64,000 bases of DNA from Antechinus flavipes (lineage: Eukaryota): contig NC_067400.1 of the NCBI RefSeq assembly GCF_016432865.1, positions 612,808,001 through 612,872,000 of the forward strand, given 5' to 3'. This document shows positions 13,800 through 22,908 of the stretch, in pieces (within the stretch, counting starts at the first letter, position 1; each line of letters opens with the position of its first letter). A model generated the notes under the pieces. The model saw only the letters and a program-made list of their open reading frames with translations, was not told the DNA's origin and did not search any database. The position numbers and the translations under genes were made by a program.

Positions 13800-15250
13800 C
13801 AGCCCTGAAGTTCGGCCGTGCCCGGCAGTGCGTTACCTCGCAGCGGGGAACGGAGTCGCACTCAGGCCCTGAGGAGCCCACCATTCCTCCCTCGTCGGAA
13901 CCAAGCCACGGTTACGGGACTTCCTATGCCCGCCCCCCCGCGCCCCCAGGGATCAGCTCTGGGAGCCGGAGCGCTGGGGAGCCGAGATCTGGAGGGAGAG
14001 GAACGCGTCCGGGCTCCGGATCCGCACAAAGGTCCCCTCTGGGCTGGGGGGCCAGCGGCGGCGCTGCGGGGTCTGAATCGCAGGAGCATTGAGGGAGTCT
14101 AGTCCCCACGCCCACCCAAGGGACCCAGCGATCGAGGCGACTCCCGAGCCATCTCTAGGCTCCGGGAGGAGAGGAGAGGGAGGGGACCGAGGAGGAAGGC
14201 AGCCGGAGAGGAAGGGGGAGCGGGGCTCTCCTGGGTCCGGCGCCGGCCCCGCCCCCTCTCCGCCCGCCCGCTCGCCCCCTGTTCATTGTTCCCGGGCCGG
14301 AGCCGCCCCTCCCCCGCTTCCCTCCGCTTCCCCTCTCAGCCTCCCCCTCCTCCTCCTCCTCCGGCCGCCTCTCCCCTGCCGCCCCCCGGATCTCACCTTT
14401 TCCTAGGGGGGGCTGGCGGGGCCCAGACCCCGGGGCCCCTGCGGGGCCGGAGCTTGCAGCAGCCGGCAGCGCGTGTCCCGCTCCGGGAGTGTTCGCAAGC
14501 GGAGTTGGAGCGGGGCCACCCGAGGGGGCCGGCGTGTCCGTCCCGGGAGCAGCCGAGGGGCCCAGCGGGGCCGACTCTGGCCGGAGGTCCGAGCTGGCTC
14601 CGGTGGCACCCCAGGGTCGGGGCGGGGAGGCTGGCAGCCAGCGGTCGGTCTGCCTGTCTGTCTGTCTGTCTCCCTCCTCGGGTCCGTCAGTCCCTGGGCG
14701 CGGGGCCGGGCCGGGCCGGGGGGCGGCGGCGGCGCCACATCTGGGGAGGGGGGCCGGCTCCAGCTGTGGGCCGGGAGGAGGGGACTAGGCGGGCAGGCAG
14801 GCAGGGGGCCTGGCTCCTCCCCTGCGTCCCCGCCCCCTCCCGCCCAGACATCCTGTTCCCGCCAGCGGGGGACTCGGGAGAGGGTGGGGTTAAACCGAGC
14901 CGGACCGCCGGCGGTGAACGTGCCTTATGAATATTCACGAGGGAAGACCTCGCCCACTTCCCCTGCCCGGGCCGAGTCCCGCCGGGAGGGGGCCAACCGG
15001 GCCGGCTCACCCGCCCCCTTTCTTGGGCTGTGGGGCAGCCCCGGGCCGGACTCTGGCTCCCTCTCTCTTAACACCTGGAAAACTTTCCCTTTTAAAACCC
15101 TGGGCCCCCGGGGTGGGAGCGTGGGAACCGGAGGAGGAGGGGCCTGGGGCTCCCCGCCCTGCTCCGCAGTCCCCAGCCTGGGGGCTCTCCGGCCCGAGCT
15201 CCTGCTGGCCGGCCCTTTTCCGGAGCTTCCGTCCAACCGCTGATCCCCTC
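13800..15250. promoter_or_regulatory. CpG-island-like 5' region of PLEKHG2 with candidate non-coding exon donors
   Basis: Very GC/CpG-rich. Minus-strand donors AAG|GTGAGA (14397/14396) and GAG|GTAACG (13837/13836). TSS not determined. Confidence 0.55.
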
Positions 15251-15795
15251 CCGAGCATCTCTCTCTTTTTGTGGCTCCCTAGTGTCTCCGTCTCCCATCT
15301 CCGTCAGCCTCAACCGAGATCTCTCTCTCTCTCTCTTCCGATAAGGCTTGGGCCACTTAAGATTAAGTGACTTGGCCAGGACCACCCCTCCGTCCCTCGG
15401 AAGAGGGACGGCCTGGGCTCAGGGTTTCTAAGAATCTAAGTTTCAGAGCAGCGGACGATTGTGCCAGAGGTGACGGGTCGGAACGAGGATCAGCTCTAGA
15501 GAATTAAGCGCCGTGTTTTCCCTGAACCTTCGACTTCCTAGTGCTCCCAATTCAACCGTCAGCTGCGTCCTCCTGGCGTGCTTTTCTTTCCACCGCCACA
15601 CCTCCAAACTGTCGCTTCCTAGTGATCCTGGGTGGACTCGTGGGTGCCTCTCTGGTGCTCGCTAGTCTCGCCGGATTCGATTGTGAGCTGCTCGAGGTCA
15701 GGGACTTTTTTCCTCTTCAGAATCATAGAATAGCTCAGCGCCCGGCCTATATTAATAGACTATTAAGAAGTCTATTCGTATAGAGTTTTTTCCCC

Positions 15796-15928
15796 CTGAA
15801 GCAGTTGGGGTTAAGTGACTTGCCCAGGGTCACACAGCCAGGAAGTGTTAAGTGTTTAGGGCGGATTTGAACTCAGGTCCTCCTGACTTCAGGGCTGGGG
15901 CTCTATCCATTGTGCCGTCTAACTGCCC
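15796..15928 (-). mobile_element. Marsupial tRNA-derived CORE-SINE (MAR1/WSINE1-like), short copy
   Basis: Reverse complement reads gggcagttagacggcacaatggatagagc (A box) ...gagttcaaatc (B box) ...gtgtgaccctgggcaagtcacttaacccc. Subfamily name is from recall. Confidence 0.85.
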
Positions 15929-16978
15929 TTGTATGGACTTATTAACCCCGCGCATGTAGGCACTGGTTCCACAAAGATCTGACCCCATAAAACATAGAGT
16001 CCCGGGTCACCAGGAGCTTCCATTCGTGAGGAGAAGGGTGGGGCTGTGGGAGACTAAAGGTCAACAGATAAGGAAGGACAAAGTAATTTTGGAGATAAGG
16101 CTGGGTCAATTCCGAGGGCCCGCCTGGGTCTCTCCGTCGCCGCCGCCCCGGGGGCCGGAAAGGGAAGCTTCTGGTTTCCCTTGGAATTTACAAAGAGCCC
16201 TCCGGCATTAACTCCATCCGTCCCCCTGGCAGCCGGTCACTGATCGCTCAGTACCCGGCTAAGGGCTTCCTGTAGGAGGCTGCGAAGAACAAAGCACACA
16301 GGTGCCAGCCCTCCCGGAGTCGGCCTAGAGGGACGGAGCAAGGCCCGGGCGAGAAGGATTCGCTTATTCAAAAAGAATGCTAATTGAGGGGGGAGGGGCA
16401 GTCTAAGCCTCGTGCGTTTCATTTTCTGCGGGTTCGGAGGTCAGAACCCCAAAGTGTGGCCGGGACAGCCACGTGGCGGTTGCTCAACCCGGGGAATGTG
16501 GGATAACGGCACAGATAAGAAGGGAGAGAGTTCCCAAGTGCGCCTAATAGGTGGGGTGTGGGAGCAACCTGCCTCCAAGCAAGCCTAACTCCCATGTACT
16601 TGTCAATTCGCAGAAAAGGCGTTAGAGCACTCACTCAGCCTCCTAACCCCCGAAATCCCAGGACGAGTCTTTTCTCCCGAACCCCGCTCCCGGTTTGTTG
16701 TCAGCCAATGGAGACGGAGCGCCGAAGAGCGTTTTTCTCACTGGCCGACAGGGGGCAGGGGCGCTCTGTAATATGGGCAAGGCGAAAGTGGCGTGGGTAT
16801 GCGCATGCGTTCCCGGAGCACCAACGCGCGATGGTGAAATGCCCGTGAAGAATCTAAGGGACGCCACGGGCGGTGTCACGCAGGCGCAAGAAACAAGAGA
16901 CGAACGAAGAGGGAACCGGGATGAGAAGGGTCACGTGGCTAAGCCTGAAGGGGCCCGCTCCGCGGAAGCGCGGCCGAA

Positions 16979-17071
16979 GCTCCAGTGGCGCAATCGGTTA
17001 GCGCGCGGTACTTATAGAGCAGTGCGGCCGTAGCGATGCCGAGGTTGTGAGTTCGATCCTCACCTGGAGCA
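16979..17071 (+). tRNA. tRNA-Ile(TAT) with a 19-nt intron (17017-17035)
   Basis: GCTCCAGTGGCGCAATCGGTTAGCGCGCGGTACTTATA-[gagcagtgcggccgtagcg]-ATGCCGAGGTTGTGAGTTCGATCCTCACCTGGAGCA. Acceptor stem GCTCCAG/CTGGAGC, A and B boxes, anticodon TAT at 17013-17015, intron after position 37, Pol III terminator T7 at 17076-17082. Confidence 0.97.
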
Positions 17072-18783
17072 CAGATTTTTTTCCTTCCACTTCTTTAATA
17101 TTTGAAAATTAAAAGAGATTTAAGAGTCTGGAGCAGCCTCCGGCTCGTGTGCCCGCCAGGTTCCGGGGATCGTGGCTGGGGGCACGCGAGCCGGACGCAG
17201 GGCAAGTGGCACGCGGTGGTCGGGAGGGGACAGCCGCAGCCCTCCGTTCCGGGCCCATCCCCGCCTTCCTTTCGGTCCCGGGGGCTCCGCCTCCCCCTGT
17301 GACATTTCTCCTCTCACGGCATCTTCTGCCTCTGTGATTGTCTCTCCCGGGTCTCTGTTCCCGCCTCCCCCCGCCCCCCGTCTCTGCGTCCCTCCCCCTT
17401 GGTCAGTGTCCCTCAATTCCCTCTCATCAGATCTCCTTCTAGATCCCTGAGTTTCTAGGACTCCCTCTATCCTTGCCGTCCTTCCCAGAAGAAGAGACCG
17501 AAGGTCACCGGAGGCCCAGAGAAGAGTCCCGACTCCAGCTCCTAGCTGGGCTGACGCCGAGACCCCGCCCCCGGGGAGGCCTCCTGGCCTTATATGGGCA
17601 TTAGAGGCCGAGGCGGCCCCGGGAGGGAGCACCCCCTTCCCCCCCCCCCCTCCGCCCTGTGAGGGCGGGGACTCCGAGGCACACGCGCGCACAAACACAC
17701 GCACCCACCGCGTCACTGACACGTCGCCTCCCTCCCAGCCAGGGCTGGGGCACATTCCGTCTCCGCCCCCTCCTCCTTCCCCAGGGCCTGCGAGACGGAA
17801 ACTTCCCGTCCCCACCCACGGCCGCAGAGACCCGAAGCCCTTCTCTGGCAGCAGCTTGTTTGTCCCGAGTGGGTGGCGGGGTAGACTGGGAGCCCTTGAG
17901 GACACGGTCTATCTTGGCCTTTCAGGACCGTGCACGCAGTAGGCGCTTAATGTCTACCGAGTGACGTGGAAAGGCGAAGACAACTCTTAGAAACAAGGAA
18001 GTGGAAGCAGAGATTGGCAGGGAAGGACGAGTTACAGGAAAGAGAAGCCTTTATTAAGAGCCTGCTGTGTACCGGGAACTGTGCTAATCGCTTTACAAAT
18101 CTCTCACTGGCCAGCGAAGGCTCCGGAATCACCCCGGGAGGGAAGGAGGCAGAGACGCGGATTCCCCAAAGGCAGTGAGGGGAGGGAAAACAGCAGGAGG
18201 CTGGGGATTTCTACGATAAGGCTCCGGAGGGAGGGAAAGGCAGAGACCCCTTAGAGACAGACATTCCCCCTCCCCGCCCCCACTATCCCGAGGTAGAGAT
18301 GAAAGCTCGTAATCGCTGATAGCCAAGGCAGAGAACACTCCAGATAAGGGGGGAGGAGGCGGGAGAGATGGCCCAGGAAGTACGGAGAGCAGCTACCAGG
18401 CCAGAGAAAGGTAGAAGGGATGGGGATTGTGAAGAGGGACCCAGTCGGGCCGGCCCCGAGCACCGCCCCACTTTGTGAGCCAGCCGGCGGAGTGACTGAG
18501 TCCCCAGAAACGCGTTCTGAGCTTCAGGAAACCAGCCCGCAGTCAAATCTCTTTCCCCACAAGTCCTTCCCGGTGACCTCACCCGAGCCACCTCCTCAGG
18601 TGAAGGGGGAAGTGCCCTCCCTTTCCCGGTGAGTTCACCTGGACCCGCCCTACCCTGGAGCCAGAGGAGTCAGGAACCAGCTAGACCGGCCGCCTAGCTC
18701 CCAGGCTAGCCCTCCCCACCCCTGAACCCCAGGAGACAGACACCAAGAGTCTTTCAGATTCCTCTTTTGTGTATTGTATTAGT

Positions 18784-18789
18784 TTTAAT
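18784..18789 (-). terminator. Likely ZFP36 polyadenylation signal (ATTAAA)
   Basis: TTTAAT on plus at the end of the AU-rich 3'UTR block. A second candidate AATAAA lies at 18865-18870. Confidence 0.55.
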
Positions 18790-18943
18790 TAAAAAAAAAA
18801 ACTCCACCAAAAACAAAAATAGAGATTTCTTTTTTGTTTAGCTAACAATATATATATATATATATTTATTTATAATATATTTCAAATATATATTATAGTG
18901 GCAGCAATCTCCCAATATTAAAAAGGGAGAAGGGACGACTGCA

Positions 18944-18997
18944 TATATAAATACTATAAAACCCATCGGAATAAATAACGTCGTCACCATAAATAAA
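18944..18997 (-). promoter_or_regulatory. AU-rich element cluster in the ZFP36 3'UTR
   Basis: Minus strand UUAUUUAU (18989-18996), UUAUUUAUU (18970-18978) and AUUUA (~18948-18952). Confidence 0.85.
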
Positions 18998-19469
18998 GGG
19001 GCTCCGAGGTGAGGCTGGGAAACTTGGATTTGGTCTGGTTAGGTGGGGTTTGAGCACCAGGATTGGGGAGAACCCCATCCAGGGGAGACTTGGGGAAGCC
19101 TGTTCACAGCATGAAGAAAAGGGGGGGAGAATTTTATCCCGACCACCCCCCCCCCCATAACAGGGTGTCTCAAAGACTACAATCTTAACCTAATAATGCT
19201 TTACAACTGCATTAAGACTTTTGGGACACGCTGTACATATATAGGTCGTTTCAGTATGCTACATTAAAAAAAAAAAAGAAAAACCACCCCCCCAGAACAC
19301 CTTTGTGAGGGTTTTTGCTCCCCATGGGGACCTGCCCCGGGGAGTCTAGACATTGGGTTAATGCTCTGGGGGCTAAGCAGGTGAGAGACCTCCACATCTG
19401 GGCACAACCGGCAAGGGGGGAGGAGATTCCTGAAGCCCATCTCTACTAAGTTTGGAGGCACAGGGGTGT

Positions 19470-21182
19470 TCAGTCGGACACGGACAGCCGATTGAAGATG
19501 GGGAGCCGCCGGGGGGGCACCGGGGTCAGGAGCTGAGAGCTAGAGGGGGCGAAGGCGCCCCCCACTGCCACCTCAAACACTGGGGAATCCGATCCCCCCA
19601 AGCTGCTTCCCCCACTGCTGGCCTGGTCGTCGGGCTCAGAGCCCAGGGAGTGAGCAGAAGGGCTCCGGGCCAGCCCCAGCCCCAGGCCCAGCCCCAGGGC
19701 ATCCCTTGTGGGCCCCCAGGCGCCCGTGGTCTGGCGGCAGGAGGGGCAGCAGGTTTCTCCCGCCGTGGCTCCCCGGGGCACTGGGCCGGGGGCGGCCGAG
19801 AAGGCAGAGGGGGAGAAAGGGACCTCCCCGGGGGTGGTGACCAGTGGGGGCGGAGAAGAAGGAGGGGAGAAGAAGCCCAAGGGGGAAGGCAGGTCCGGCA
19901 GCCCTGGAGGGCTCAGGGTGGGGGAGCCCCGGCGCCGGGCGGAGGGCATCCCGGAGAAGCTGAGACTCTGCCGGAGCAGGGGAGGGTGAGCCGACCCCGC
20001 CGACAGGACGTCGTAAGGGGTGTGGATGAAATGGCAGCGGGTCCCATATGGACAAGCGCCCAGGAGCAAGAACTTGCGGCACAGCTCCGTCTTGTACTTG
20101 GGGTGGCGGCTGGCCGGCCGCAGCTCTTCGAGCCCGTGGGCGAACTGGCACTTGGAGCCGTAGCGGCATTTGCCGCTCTCCGAGAAGGTCCGGCACAGCT
20201 CCGTCTTGTATCTGGACGAGGAAGCCGCCCCGGCCGGGGAGCCGGAGCCGGGCGCGCCTTCCGAGGGCGCGGCGGTGGCGGCCGGCGCGGCCCTGGGCGG
20301 CAGGGGCTCAAAGCCCGGCGGCGGGGGGACCCAGGCGCGACTCTCCACCAGGCTGGTAGAACGGCCGGGGAGCCGAGGGGCCAAGGGAGCCGAGGCCCGC
20401 GGGGGGGACGGCGACTCCAGGTCCGCGAGGCTGGGACTCCAGGGGCTTCGGGAGCCCCAGCCCAGCTCGGGCTCCAGCTCCCCGCGGGCCGCCCGTGCCA
20501 GGTCCGGACTCAGGGACAGGAGCCTCTGTGAGGAAGAAGAAGGACGAGGAGCTCAGCGAGGGAGCGACCGTCGGACCCAAGGTCGCCGCGCCGAGCCGAC
20601 CCACCCCACCCAACTCCACTTCGGGGCCGAGATAGTTCCGTCCAGGCTCGAGAACTCCCCCAAACTCAGCCCCACCCTAAAATGGGGGGTGCGGGCCCGG
20701 ACCCAGCGGCAGGCTTTGCCCCTACCTGACTCCACCCCAAGGCAGCTACGAAAGTGGAATCCCGTTCCAACAACCCCCCAACTTAAAGAAGCCCAGCGCT
20801 CAGCCCCGACACCCCCGACACTCACACGCGCGCACGCACACGCACTGACACCGACACGCACTCGCACCTCCGCTCGGGGGAAGCAGCCCCCCTGCCAAAC
20901 TTTGGGTTCCGGGCCCGGGGGCATTCTCTGACCCTAGGGGACCCCCAGCTTCCCAGGCCACCGACTTAAGTGCCCCCAAGAAGGGCCCGAGGGACCCCAG
21001 CGCTCGGACTCCCGACCCAGAAGCGAAAAGGGCAGAAAGAAGTTGGCCGTCACCGCCGCTGCCACGAGACCGCCGGCGGGGGCGGCCGGGGCCCGAGTTC
21101 GTGGCCCCAGAGAGGGGAGGCGGGAGGCAAAGGTGGGACACGGAGCAGGGAAGCTCACCTCGTAGAGGGTGCACAGATCCAT
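19470..21182 (-). CDS. ZFP36: Tristetraprolin / ZFP36, tandem CCCH zinc-finger ARE-binding protein, 2 exons, 359 aa
   Basis: Exon 1 21182-21159 (MDLCTLYE) and exon 2 20525-19470 (RLLSLSPD...). Two CX8CX5CX3H fingers with (R/K)YKTEL leaders, RSTSLVE and LRQSLSFS phospho-motifs, PPPPGF, and C-terminal NOT1-binding [13 protein letters not shown]. These mark it as TTP rather than ZFP36L1/L2. Confidence 0.97.
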
Positions 21183-21279
21183 GCCCGCGGACTTGGGCTT
21201 CCCGCCTGCGGCGGCGCTCGCGTCCATCCGGAGGTGCTTTGGTCGTGCGCGTATCCAGGACTGTGGGGAGGGTGGCCAG

Positions 21280-21480
21280 CGCGCTCTTCTTGAAGGGACG
21301 GGTTTGGGGGCGGGGCCTCCCGGTGCCGCCCAGAACCCACCATCAGGGGAGCTCCAGGAGCTAGAGAGAACTGGGGGAGAGGGAGGCGGGGGACCGGGAA
21401 AGGGCGGGGACGAGGGAGGGCTCGGGGGAGGGGCGATTCCCGGACTGAGCGCCCCGGGCGGGGCGGGGGAGGCCCAGCAC
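21280..21480 (-). promoter_or_regulatory. ZFP36 proximal promoter (GC boxes)
   Basis: GGGGCGGGGC at 21307-21316 and further GC boxes, plus TTCCCGGAC at 21437-21445. No canonical TATA box seen. Confidence 0.45.
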
Positions 21481-22821
21481 CTTAGTCTGGGCGAAAGGCT
21501 GGCCCTAACAGGTCCCTCCCAGTTACTGCCTGGTAATCCATGGGACTGAAGGGAATTCGCTTGTCTTCCAGTCTAACCCCCTCTTTTTTTGTTTTTTGTT
21601 TCCCCAGGAGGGGAAACTGAGACCCAGAAAGGGCCAAACTCCCTCCTTTTATCTGAGGGGCGAGTTCAAGGTCAGAAACGGGAAACCGGATTAGGGTGAT
21701 AGAGCCAGAACCAAAAGACTGAGATACCAAGTCCTGAAAGTCAAACCCCAGGCCCAGCGGGAGAGAGAGAGCCCCCAGTCAGCTTATTATCTAACCCCAG
21801 CCAGGAGAGAAAGCTGGGAGGCAGTGCTAACTTTCCCAGAAAAGGAAACTGAGGGCCAGAGGACAGGGATCTGGGCAGTGTCAGGACTGGAGCCCAGAGT
21901 TCTCGGGATAAGCTCCACCTTTTTGAGGGAGTTTTTTGGAGAGACGGCCTCTCAGGTGGGGAACTGTCTGATTCTAAGCCTGGGCTGGGATCTGTCTCTG
22001 ACCTGAACACTTTTCAAATAACAAAAATCTTCATTTTCCCAAATGAAGACTTTTCCTCCAACAGAACGGAGACTTGGGTTAGGCTGGAGAGCTGGGAGCT
22101 TATGGGAAGCTTCTCTGGGGAAAAGGGGTTGGCCAGGAGGGGCCTTCCCAGGAGCGGGGACCTCCCCAAGTCTCCCTAGGTCCCGTGAGCCTGTGGTCTT
22201 TAAGTTTCACCTGCCAGTTGAGTGGCTGGCTCTCACGCTCCCCAATGACTCACCCACCGCAGGGTGTGTTATGTGTGGGGGCCCTTCCTGGAATCAGGTG
22301 ACGTAAGGGTAGGGGGGGGGGCCTGGTCTGATGCTGGGGTTCCTCTCTCTTTGTAAACAGAGCTGAGGGACCCAATTCTTCAGGGTGCTCTTTAGATCCG
22401 AACCTTGACTCAAAGACAAGGTCACTGTCCCCTGACAGGGAAGATGGAATGGCTTGCCCCCACCCCCTTAACCAAGAGGTTCCCTGAGGTCTCCAAGGAA
22501 GCCCCTTCCCCACTTCCCAGTCATCCTCGAGGAGGATCGGTTTGTCTTTCTCTTGGCATCGGAGCTTGTGGGTGCATTCCAGCATCCTGACTCATTCCAG
22601 CTATGCTGTGAGCTCCCCATGCTCCACCCCCTAACCCAGAGCCTTTCCTCTCCATGCCCCAGGACTAGGACGCCTGGGTCTAGGCCCAGCTTTAGAGGTG
22701 AGGTGCAGAGGGACAGTCTGTGACTCCCACTGAATTTGTCTCAATCAAAGATCATCGTTTTCAGCCCCTGGCTGGTGTGCTTAGGGATCCAGGCTTTCTC
22801 TTCTCCCTCCTGTCCTTCCCC

Positions 22822-22908
22822 ACAATATATATAGATATATACATATGTTATATGTATATATTATATATGTATACTTTCTATATGTATATCTATGAATATC
22901 TATGGATA
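22822..22908. repeat. Compound (TA)-rich microsatellite
   Basis: atatatatagatatatacatatgttatatgtatatattatatatgtatac... Confidence 0.85.

Noticed and set aside
14286-15243. 200-256-aa ORFs in the PLEKHG2 5' CpG island
   Set aside because: Multiple overlapping frames are open on both strands, typical of >75% GC DNA; no homologous motif recognised.
19452-20531. 359-aa antisense ORF opposite ZFP36
   Set aside because: Mirror of a very GC-rich coding exon with few stop codons available; low-complexity G/R/A translation and no independent splice or promoter evidence.
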